Below, piece by piece: positions 20,957-29,448 of a DNA stretch of 64,000 nucleotides. The position numbers were made by a program, and so were the translations under genes. The notes under the pieces were generated by a model. The model worked only from the letters and a program-made list of their open reading frames with translations, had not been told where the DNA came from and did not search any database. Numbering within the stretch: position 1 is the first letter of the stretch; the number at the start of each line of letters is the position of its first letter. The stretch is from positions 1,536,001 through 1,600,000 of the forward strand of contig OZ250153.1 in the NCBI GenBank assembly GCA_965237805.1. Direction: 5' to 3'. This stretch comes from Gammaproteobacteria bacterium. GTDB taxonomy: Bacteria > Pseudomonadota > Gammaproteobacteria > JABABF01.

Positions 20957-21994
20957 ATGAGCCTCTACGACAGTTTTAACGACGGCCTGTTGCGCCTGCA
21001 GTTTGGGCGCAAGGCACAGGCCGACTATGTGCGCGCTTTCTTTTCCCTACTCGACGAAGGGGTGCCCCTGCGCGATGCATTGATCAATATCCGTGCCATT
21101 GGCAATCCGGTGGAGCAGATGGTTGCCAAGCGCATGTACCAAGCTTTACGCGCTGGCCAGCCGGTGGCGCGGGGCATGCAAGGCCTGTTCGATCCGGTGG
21201 TTGTGGGGTCGCTGGCGGCTGGTGAGCAGACCCCAAATTTCATCCCCAATGGCTTGCGCATCGCCGATGTGATGGAGAGTGAGCTCGGTGTGTTCGGTGA
21301 GGTGGTAGGCAAGCTGTTGCCACCGATACTCTTTATGGCTCTGGTGTTGGCGATGTTCACCCAGATGCGGTTGCGTTTCTATCCGCTGATCCTGCATATC
21401 AAGCCGATAGAGCAGTGGACTTTGCCGGGTCGGATCGTCTACCACACTGGCGACTTCCTCGCCTCCCACTGGCTGGTAGTCATCATTGGTATCGTTGTGG
21501 GCATAGCGTTGTTCGGCTCTTTTATCACGCGCTATACGGGGGTCGGTCGCCAGTTGCTCGATCGGATGCCGCTCTTCGCGCTCTACCGGGAAAATACCGC
21601 GGCCAAGAGCCTCGAGTCGATGGCGCTGGTGTTGTCTTCCGGCATGGAGATGCGCAATACCTTGCGCCTGATGCACGACAGCTCGCCGCCGCTGGCACGG
21701 CTCTACCTGCGCAAGATGATGGGGCGTCTGCAAGAGGGTGGCACACTGGCCGATGTCATTGATGTCGGCTTTCTCGGCAGAGAAGAGATCTCCTTGTTGA
21801 AGTTGCTGGCCCAGCACCGGGGCTTCATGGATGCTATGCAGCGCGTCGCGCGCAAGAGTGGCGAAGCCGTGCGACGGCGGGTGCGGCTCACCGTGCGGCC
21901 GCTTCAAGTCATCCTGTTTGGCGTGGTCGGCTTGGGCTACGGTCTGATGATCTTTGCCGTCTATACCAATACCCAGAACTTGGCCTCGTTCTGA
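20957..21994 (+). CDS. Pilus inner-membrane platform protein (PilR/GspF family)
   Basis: Two T2SSF-like halves (LLDEGVPLRDAL; LSSGMEMRNTL), three TM segments; follows the ATPase. Confidence 0.88.
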   Translation: MSLYDSFNDGLLRLQFGRKAQADYVRAFFSLLDEGVPLRDALINIRAIGNPVEQMVAKRMYQALRAGQPVARGMQGLFDPVVVGSLAAGEQTPNFIPNGLRIADVMESELGVFGEVVGKLLPPILFMALVLAMFTQMRLRFYPLILHIKPIEQWTLPGRIVYHTGDFLASHWLVVIIGIVVGIALFGSFITRYTGVGRQLLDRMPLFALYRENTAAKSLESMALVLSSGMEMRNTLRLMHDSSPPLARLYLRKMMGRLQEGGTLADVIDVGFLGREEISLLKLLAQHRGFMDAMQRVARKSGEAVRRRVRLTVRPLQVILFGVVGLGYGLMIFAVYTNTQNLASF

Positions 21995-22019
21995 ATTTGG
22001 CATCGAGGGGTGGCAGGGC

Positions 22020-22049
22020 TTGACGCGCTGGCCAAGTGGATGTTACAAT
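22020..22049 (+). promoter_or_regulatory. Putative sigma70 promoter for the major pilin
   Basis: TTGACG-N18-TACAAT with extended -10 TG. Confidence 0.55.
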
Positions 22050-22145
22050 TGCCGACAGAAGTTGATTTCTGGCACACACGATCACGATCAGACCACCTCA
22101 AGATCCTTAAATCTTAAATACTGTAAGCCAACGGGGGCAGCACAT

Positions 22146-22787
22146 ATGACAACCAGATTCAATAACAGCTTGCAAGAAGCACGGTATTCGCGCGGTGCCA
22201 CCCTGATTGAACTCTCGGTGGTGGTGGTGATCATCGCATTGATCGTGGCGGGTGCCTTGGTCTCTTTCAGACAGGTGCAGCGCTCCCAGACCATTACCGA
22301 GGCTGCGAGCATCAATTCGCAGATTGTCTCGGCGGTCGCACGCATCTCCGGTGCCGTCGGCCCCTCTGGTTCTGGATTGATCGCTTGCGTGACTAATTGT
22401 GAGATGCAGGGAACTGCGGCGGTGATTATCGCCCAGACGCTGGGCAACACCGGTTTGGAAGAAAAAGCAAACAACTGTTGTGCTCTCATCTCAGGCAGCA
22501 ATCCCGGTGCCCAAACTGGTTTCACGAATGCCAATTCTTGGGGCGGAAATATCGTCCTCTATGCATACAATGCACGCTCTATCATCGTCCGCCATACCGC
22601 TGTGCCAGACTATGCGCTCACATCGCTGACCAACGCTTTGGAATTGGGGGCGCAGTCCATTGTGACCAGCGACGCTCAGCTGACATCGCTGACTAGTAGC
22701 AGCGCGCTTAACTACACGGGGTCTAATTACGCTAGCGGCCTATATAATGGCACAGCTGGTCATGTCGACGGGCTCTATCAGTTCTGA
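22146..22787 (+). CDS. Probable major pilin, type IVb (PilS-like)
   Basis: 17-aa leader ending YSRG|ATLIELSVVVVII (Glu5), ~196-aa mature chain, PilS-like NSWGGNI and VPDYA motifs, own promoter. Confidence 0.85.
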   Translation: MTTRFNNSLQEARYSRGATLIELSVVVVIIALIVAGALVSFRQVQRSQTITEAASINSQIVSAVARISGAVGPSGSGLIACVTNCEMQGTAAVIIAQTLGNTGLEEKANNCCALISGSNPGAQTGFTNANSWGGNIVLYAYNARSIIVRHTAVPDYALTSLTNALELGAQSIVTSDAQLTSLTSSSALNYTGSNYASGLYNGTAGHVDGLYQF

Positions 22788-22937
22788 AGCAGGCCTTGCC
22801 AGCTCGCGGTCGGTGCCGCACTGAGCCACCACTTTAGCGCTGTCTGTAGTCTGTATCAGCCTATCGGCTTGGCTTGAGGGCGCACTTGTTGCCCAGCGGC
22901 ATAGAGCGGGCTGTTTTGAGCCTGAGTTGGGGTTCCT

Positions 22938-23777
22938 GTGATGGCTGAGGCGACCCAGTGGCCGGGGGCGTTCTCGCTGTGGTTGCTCGAATGGCAGCTG
23001 TTGCTCCAAGCGCAGCCTTGGCTGGTGCTGGTGCTGGCCGCGTTGGCTGGTGCCTGTGCTGGTAGTTTTCTCAATATGATGGTGTACCGGCTACCCCTGA
23101 TGGCAGAGCGCAGCTTGGCTTTGGCACGCGGTGTGGCACCACAGCAGCTGCCTGGTGGCGAGGCCCCCTACAACTTGGCCGTGCCCCGTTCGCACTGTCC
23201 GCATTGTCGGCAGCCGATTCCACTGTGGTACAACATCCCGCTGCTGAGCTATCTGTGGTTGCGCGGGCGTTGTGCAGCCTGTGGTGTAGCCATCCCGCCG
23301 CGCTATCTGTGGCTGGAATTGTCGACGGTGGTACTCTTTGTGCTCGCCGCGCAACGCACCAGCGGCGCACTGATGCCGCTGCTCGCCCTGTGGCTGGCGC
23401 TGGGTACATGGTTAGCAGCGCTGTGCCTCGCGCTGGAGCGGGACTACTTGCCGACAGCCATCGCTTGGTTGCCGTTGTGGCTTGGCCTGTTGCTGGTGGC
23501 GGGTGATCCCGCCCCCGCCGCCCCCGCACTGTGGGCAGCGGCGGTGGCGGCGGGGCTGGCGGCGTTGTGGCTACGGTGGCTACAACGCCACCCAGCCTCG
23601 CCAGAGCTGCTGGCGTTGTCAGCCGCCGCTGGGGCTTGGGGCGCTTGGCTCGGGCTCGCCTGTCTCGTCGTGCTGTGGGCTGTGGCCGCCCTGTGGGCGC
23701 GCTGGCGAGGAGCCCCCGCCACCGCCTCAGTGCCGTTGTTGGCACTGGCTGGTATTGCTGCGGCGCTGCTCGCCTGA
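22938..23777 (+). CDS. pilD: PilD-like prepilin peptidase/methylase homologue with degenerate peptidase domain
   Basis: GSFLNMMVYRLP, PRSHCPHC, NIPLLSYLWLRGRCAAC, GAWG; catalytic Asp motifs not found. Confidence 0.85.
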   Translation: MMAEATQWPGAFSLWLLEWQLLLQAQPWLVLVLAALAGACAGSFLNMMVYRLPLMAERSLALARGVAPQQLPGGEAPYNLAVPRSHCPHCRQPIPLWYNIPLLSYLWLRGRCAACGVAIPPRYLWLELSTVVLFVLAAQRTSGALMPLLALWLALGTWLAALCLALERDYLPTAIAWLPLWLGLLLVAGDPAPAAPALWAAAVAAGLAALWLRWLQRHPASPELLALSAAAGAWGAWLGLACLVVLWAVAALWARWRGAPATASVPLLALAGIAAALLA

Positions 23778-23947
23778 ATCGATACCGCACGGCCAGCTCG
23801 GCCGCAATGCTTTCGGTCGCCAGCATGCATCGGTTATACTCCAGATCGCATTGGACAGTTTTTTCCCTGTGCCCATTGCGGTGGCAAGTGGCGGCGGCAA
23901 GTGGTCGCGAAAACCGCCATCCAGAGCGAGTTGCTGTGTCCCGAACC

Positions 23948-24682
23948 GTGCCGAAAAAACCACCACCCCATTCCCGCCACCCGGCGGCATTCGCGCCGCG
24001 CCACCCTGCGCTTGCTTTCACCCTGCTTGAAATGTCGATCGCGTTGACGGTGATCGTCAGCGCGATCCTCTATTCTGCGCTCTACTTGCGCGACGCATCG
24101 CGTCAATATGCGTTGGGGGGGCGAGCTTTTGCCACCATGCAGGAGATCGCACTCAGCGCGGACACTTTTTACTGGCAGAACTGCAGTGCTATCCAGCAGG
24201 CATTCGCTGCCAGCGGTGCACTCGTGCCCAGGGTGGTGGTGGCCAGCAATAATGCGCTGCTCAGCGCCCATCCCACCCTGCGCATGACGCTTCGTGGCAA
24301 CCAAAACTCGGTGAATCCGCTGAGCGGCACCACTTATGATGTCTATTATGAGCGCCACCGCAGGGATGGCGTGGTGGACAGCTATGGCATCACCATTCCG
24401 CCAACAGATGTGGTCTACCGTGTCGTGCAGTTCCCGGCACCGCCCGACCGCTCGGTGGCCGATGCCGTGGCGGACTATCAGCGCTATATGGATACCGCAC
24501 AACTGGTGGTGACAGCGGACAGTGACCGCACCGTTCTCTACCTCGCCCAAGTGCAGCGCAGTCCCATCGCCGACGATGTCTCCCTGCAGGCTTTTACCGC
24601 GGGGGCGCGCAGAATTGCCGCCAGCAGCTCGGCCTCGGTGTCGATCAACCCAGCCTGTGCCGCCACTGCCCCGGTGCGGTAG
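23948..24682 (+). CDS. Minor pilin-like protein (start uncertain: GTG 23948 or ATG 23807)
   Basis: Class III signal PALA|FTLLEMSIALTVIVSAIL; two Cys in the mature region. Confidence 0.75.
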   Translation: MPKKPPPHSRHPAAFAPRHPALAFTLLEMSIALTVIVSAILYSALYLRDASRQYALGGRAFATMQEIALSADTFYWQNCSAIQQAFAASGALVPRVVVASNNALLSAHPTLRMTLRGNQNSVNPLSGTTYDVYYERHRRDGVVDSYGITIPPTDVVYRVVQFPAPPDRSVADAVADYQRYMDTAQLVVTADSDRTVLYLAQVQRSPIADDVSLQAFTAGARRIAASSSASVSINPACAATAPVR

Positions 24683-24736
24683 CTGCTGGCACAACCCACA
24701 TGTCGCAGGCAATTTTCCATATCTTGGCCCGCGTGT

Positions 24737-24745
24737 TGTTATACT
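24737..24745 (+). promoter_or_regulatory. Putative extended -10 element upstream of the giant pilin genes
   Basis: TGtTATACT in the intergenic gap. Confidence 0.4.
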
Positions 24746-24797
24746 GTGGTTTAATGCACGAAGTGGATTTTAGCGATACGACGAGGCTTGGCACGTG

Positions 24798-27449
24798 ATG
24801 CTCTCGACGCTTACTGACGATCTGCAACAGCACGTTTCTATGACTGTGGCTGCCAGTGGTGCTGCCAGCACAGCGCAACAATGGCACAAGTCCACTCGGC
24901 GGTGCCTGCCCGCTCACCCGCCGCGCCGTCGTCGTCGGGGAATCACACTGATCGATATGTCGGTGCTGCTGACATTTGCCGCCATCGTGGTGGGTGTGGC
25001 GGCGATGGAGCGGGTGCGCGGCCAAGCTCGTGATTTCGCCATCTCCAGCGGTTTGGAATTGCGTGAGGTGCTGGATGCGGCGATGGTCTACCGCTACCAG
25101 ACCGGTGAGTGGCCACTGAATCAATGCTCGCGTTCCTATGCCCAAGGTCTGGGCAATGACTGCAATGGCGATGGCAGTGCGGACAGCGGTGATCTCAGCG
25201 GCCTGACACAGCTGGTGGAGGTGGGGCGTCTGCCGGACTTACAGCGCCACCGGAACAACCAGGGGCGCGACGGCCAATGGATCTCGCTACAGCCATGGGA
25301 TGCTGCCACCGCTGCCGTCTCTACTAACTCGGCGGACATCGCCTCGGTGCTGCGTTCCGACAGTCTGCGCATGGAGACCGTGGTGGGCTCGAATCTCAGT
25401 GCCTATGCGAACTACATCGCCCGCTTGGTGCCGGGTACTGAGGTTGAGCAACGGGGTGCTGATACCGTCCTTGTCACCACCCTCCAGTTCGGCGGCTACA
25501 GCGCCATTCTGCTCTCGCAGCTGGGCCTTAGCACCGGCTACTTCAATTCCCTGCGGGTCCCAGAAGTGGTGCTGAGTCGGCGGGTGATATTAGATGCCCC
25601 GCAACCCGGTCTGCTACGGATACGCCCCTATATAGAGACCGATCCATCGCTGCTGGGGTCTCACCCCCGCCGGGTGCGCGTCAACACAAGCGGTGAGCGT
25701 CTCTCCGATCAGTCTACGGCTGCCCTGGCTGATGGTGATGACGATCCTCTTGTCATTACGAATGAAACTGGTGAACTCTATACTTCAGAGATTTCGATCA
25801 ACTTGGCTGATGCCTCTCGGCAGGCCGTCAGAATCAGTCCCTCACCAGCGTTGGTCTTCGGTGTCGCGGCCTTGGAGGACAGCGTGGGTATGCCGAGCAG
25901 CGACAGCGGTGACCGCGTCGAACTGCGGGCAATTTCGGGTAATCGTCTGCAAATTGTCGAGCGTGACACCGCCGTTTTCATGCCCGATGGCACCACGCCG
26001 CTGCGCCAAGACAATTTCGATGGTCGTCCGTTACGCAAACTCTATCGCACCGCAACTCATTTTCTCAGCTTCGATTATGTGAACAACTCCAATGAGACTT
26101 ATTACTATCTCAGGCAAACCAATCGCGCCACTCAAAGCTATGAGCCGCGACCGCACTTCATCGATTCCGGTAGCTTTTCTGGCTCGGCCTATGATGGCTT
26201 ACCACCTTATTTGATTACCGCACAGATTGATGGCGGTTATCCTGGTCGGAGATTGTTAGGCGCGACGCGCACCGCGCTGATGTTCGCTGGCATCTATGAC
26301 CATCCCGACACCAGCCCGGCGCTCTTTCCCAATGGTGCCCCCGCTGGCACCTCTGCTCTCACCGCCACGGCCAGGGAGGGGCATGCTCGCATTATCTTGG
26401 CTCATAGGGTTGGTCAACATTCATATATACAAGCTGTACGCCGCGTGGTTGGAGGTGCCCTTAACAACCTAACGGACATTATGTTTAACATGGATCTGTG
26501 GGGATCTATGGAGCCTGCTTTCGCTGAGCAGCTGTTCTTGGACGACGCGCCGGCGGTGCAAAATGCCGATATCCCCGGTCGCTCCTACGATAGAGCAGTC
26601 TACAGCCGTACAATCGATGGTCTGTTCGTGATATGCCACCTGCCGGAGCTGTTGACAGCGAGCGGCAATACCGATTGCGGTAACCCGCGAGCTGGTGCGA
26701 CAGGGCCGATGGATGTGCTCGGCAATCAGACCGGTGATCTGGGCTGGGTCATCCCGCGGCTCAGCGTCTATTTCAGCGCTACCGGAGGCTATATGAATCT
26801 CCACCACGTATTTAAGGACATTAACAGCGATACGAACGATCGCTATGGAGAAATCGAGTTGTGGTCCGACGGAGATAGTGGCAATCAGGCGGGTCGCACG
26901 GTGCAGCGGGAGCCCGGACGGCACCGTCGCGTCTGGATCAGTGGTAGATTCGGGCTGCGCATTGGTGACAACGATGATGCTTACCAAAACTACCAAGATT
27001 CCCGGGCACTGCGCGTCCGCCAGCTTGATGTGGGCATTGGGACAGCATATAGATTTGCCCTCCACCCTTACATCACCCCCGAGGGCGCCTCGAATGCGCT
27101 CTTTCTAGATGGCAACACGGAGGGCGTTTCTTTTGTGGGCATCGGTGTCGCTGGCCAAACCGAAACCGCGATCATCGATTTTGGCGGCTCCACTGACGGT
27201 GCCCGCACCCCGCTGAGGCTGCAGGGTAGCCCGCAGATCCTCGTCACAGACCCCAGCACCGGATCGCCTTCGTTGAACTTGTGGTACGGGGCGAGTGACC
27301 ACCCGGTTGTTGACGATAGCCGCGTGCCCTTCATGAATGTCAGGAATCTCGCGGTGGAGTCACTGAATGCTTTGGACTGTTTTAAGTGCGCTGGCGGTAC
27401 CGCCAGCGACTGCCCTCATGTGAGCTATACTGATTATGGTTGCCCCTAA
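24798..27449 (+). CDS. Giant pilin-like adhesin 1 (PilV-like)
   Basis: RRRRRG|ITLIDMSVLLTFAAIVVG prepilin motif (Asp5); N-domain shared with the next two genes; Cys-rich C-terminus. Confidence 0.75.
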   Translation: MLSTLTDDLQQHVSMTVAASGAASTAQQWHKSTRRCLPAHPPRRRRRGITLIDMSVLLTFAAIVVGVAAMERVRGQARDFAISSGLELREVLDAAMVYRYQTGEWPLNQCSRSYAQGLGNDCNGDGSADSGDLSGLTQLVEVGRLPDLQRHRNNQGRDGQWISLQPWDAATAAVSTNSADIASVLRSDSLRMETVVGSNLSAYANYIARLVPGTEVEQRGADTVLVTTLQFGGYSAILLSQLGLSTGYFNSLRVPEVVLSRRVILDAPQPGLLRIRPYIETDPSLLGSHPRRVRVNTSGERLSDQSTAALADGDDDPLVITNETGELYTSEISINLADASRQAVRISPSPALVFGVAALEDSVGMPSSDSGDRVELRAISGNRLQIVERDTAVFMPDGTTPLRQDNFDGRPLRKLYRTATHFLSFDYVNNSNETYYYLRQTNRATQSYEPRPHFIDSGSFSGSAYDGLPPYLITAQIDGGYPGRRLLGATRTALMFAGIYDHPDTSPALFPNGAPAGTSALTATAREGHARIILAHRVGQHSYIQAVRRVVGGALNNLTDIMFNMDLWGSMEPAFAEQLFLDDAPAVQNADIPGRSYDRAVYSRTIDGLFVICHLPELLTASGNTDCGNPRAGATGPMDVLGNQTGDLGWVIPRLSVYFSATGGYMNLHHVFKDINSDTNDRYGEIELWSDGDSGNQAGRTVQREPGRHRRVWISGRFGLRIGDNDDAYQNYQDSRALRVRQLDVGIGTAYRFALHPYITPEGASNALFLDGNTEGVSFVGIGVAGQTETAIIDFGGSTDGARTPLRLQGSPQILVTDPSTGSPSLNLWYGASDHPVVDDSRVPFMNVRNLAVESLNALDCFKCAGGTASDCPHVSYTDYGCP

Positions 27450-29448
27450 GATCGCGCCGGGCGAGCATCGCCGCGGCGCGACGCTGTTTGAGATGGCCAT
27501 TGTGGTTGCTCTGATCGGCGCTATAGCCAGCCTGCATTTCGAGCGCGAGCAGGCAGCGGTGCGGCAGCAGATTGTCGGCAAAATGGCCGCCGAGCTGCAG
27601 CGGGTCTTGGATGCCGCCATGGCCTATCAGCTAGACCACGGCGAATGGCCGCTGGACAGCTGTAGCGCAGCGGCCTATGCCGCTGGCAGCCTGCGCGATT
27701 GCAATGGTGATGGGGACAGGCAATCAGACGATATCAATGGTGTGCGGCGGCTAGTCGACTCGGGTTATCTGCATGCTGGCGGCATTGCGATAGACGATGC
27801 TGGCACCCGCAACCTTGCCACTGCCCGCACGCTGATGGGGGCATCGCTCGTCATGCATCCGGTGCAGGAGATCGTGCCCGCCGCAGCCACCGATCTCGGT
27901 AGTGGGCGCTCGCTCTACCACACCACCGCCTATTGGCAGAGCTATCTGCCCGGCACGCTGGCGGCGACCAACAGCTCGCCTACGCTTGCGCCCGGGCTGC
28001 GGGTGCGCTATGCCTTGCCCCGAAGCGCCGGTTGGTCTTGCTACGCCCGCGAACTCGCTCACCATATCATCGGTGCCAAGCCGATCCGGCTCGCAGATCC
28101 GCTGCTGACGCCGCCCGCACCCACCGAACTCTCGCAGGAGCCGCAGCTGCCCATCAGTTTGGGCAATTGTCGGCAGCTGAATGCTGCGGGGGATGCCGAT
28201 GAGGCCTTTGCGGTTGAGGTGTTGCTGCGCCGCTGGCAGGAGTCGACGGCGACTGTCATGATTCCCTCCATTGACGGTCGCTTGCATGTCTCAGGACTAC
28301 GTCTGGGTGGGTCAACTGGCGTCCCGATGTGGCTGGAGGCAGCGGCTAGCGGTGAATTGCGGTTGCGCGCTGCCGTGCGCACCGCCAGCGATTTGCCGAC
28401 CACCGATGCGATGATTCAATTCGCCAAGGCCGACAACCATCCGACGGCACCGCGCGGCGGCATCGTCACCCTGCGCGGGGTCGACGAGGGGCATTTGGGC
28501 ATCATGTCGGGCTATGTGCCGGGTGGAGGGGATGCCGTGCGCCCTACCATCGACAGTGTGGGCAGCGATCATCGGCACTTGTCCTCGCTGGTCTTTGAGC
28601 GTCCCGACGGCAGCCACATTGGCATGCTGAGTGGCGATTTGCTGGGCTATGACAGATTCGTGTCCCCCGATGCGGCGATCTTTGGGGGCACTGCCGTGAC
28701 GCTGTCGGTTGGTGATGCGGCGCGCGCCAGCCGACACGCCGGTTGGCGTGCCGAGCTGCTGCATTACCCGGCCGGTCAAGTGCATGGCCTCGATGCTTCC
28801 CACTCGCTGATACAGCCGGATACCACTGGTCTGCGTCTCTACAATGTGGTCAAGTTTGAATATGCGGGTGTGCGCATCTACGGTGGGCGGATGACGATCA
28901 TGCCGGGCAATACTTTCTACGCCGGATTTAACTCAGGCGCACAACGTTACTTCACCATGGACTCCGCCGATAACCCCCCCGTCTCCGCTGAGACCGAGGC
29001 TTATCAACATCCTGGAGAGGGTGTTCAAGTCAATCGATTGACGGTCTACAGAGATTTGGTCTACGATCCGCCTGATACAACATTGCTTTCTGCCGGTGTG
29101 GTGCGGCCCGCGGGGCTCGGTGGCTCTGCCAAGCGCGTACCGCTGGTCGGTGCTGGTGCACCACACGACAACTATCCAGCTAATTTCATCATGCGCCCTG
29201 CTACCGGCATCTACCTGCGAACCAACGGTCACCGTCTCACACTGGATCTCGTGGGAAAGAATCTAGAGCTGCACGAGGCCTCTATCAGTCTGCACGGTCT
29301 CGACGCCACTCGCATCGACTTCGCTGTCACCGGTGCCGATGCACCCTTTGAGCAGTCTGCTGCCACGGTTCAAGTGCTCAACGGTGGCATCCAGGATCTG
29401 CGCACCCTCCGCTGTGCTGGCTCCGCTACGCAATGCCCCACCCCATGA
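27436..29448 (+). CDS. Giant pilin-like adhesin 2 (PilV-like)
   Basis: HRRG|ATLFEMAIVVALIG; LDAAMAY...GEWPL..C...DCNGDG; C-terminal C-x6-C. Confidence 0.78.
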   Translation: MVAPKIAPGEHRRGATLFEMAIVVALIGAIASLHFEREQAAVRQQIVGKMAAELQRVLDAAMAYQLDHGEWPLDSCSAAAYAAGSLRDCNGDGDRQSDDINGVRRLVDSGYLHAGGIAIDDAGTRNLATARTLMGASLVMHPVQEIVPAAATDLGSGRSLYHTTAYWQSYLPGTLAATNSSPTLAPGLRVRYALPRSAGWSCYARELAHHIIGAKPIRLADPLLTPPAPTELSQEPQLPISLGNCRQLNAAGDADEAFAVEVLLRRWQESTATVMIPSIDGRLHVSGLRLGGSTGVPMWLEAAASGELRLRAAVRTASDLPTTDAMIQFAKADNHPTAPRGGIVTLRGVDEGHLGIMSGYVPGGGDAVRPTIDSVGSDHRHLSSLVFERPDGSHIGMLSGDLLGYDRFVSPDAAIFGGTAVTLSVGDAARASRHAGWRAELLHYPAGQVHGLDASHSLIQPDTTGLRLYNVVKFEYAGVRIYGGRMTIMPGNTFYAGFNSGAQRYFTMDSADNPPVSAETEAYQHPGEGVQVNRLTVYRDLVYDPPDTTLLSAGVVRPAGLGGSAKRVPLVGAGAPHDNYPANFIMRPATGIYLRTNGHRLTLDLVGKNLELHEASISLHGLDATRIDFAVTGADAPFEQSAATVQVLNGGIQDLRTLRCAGSATQCPTP

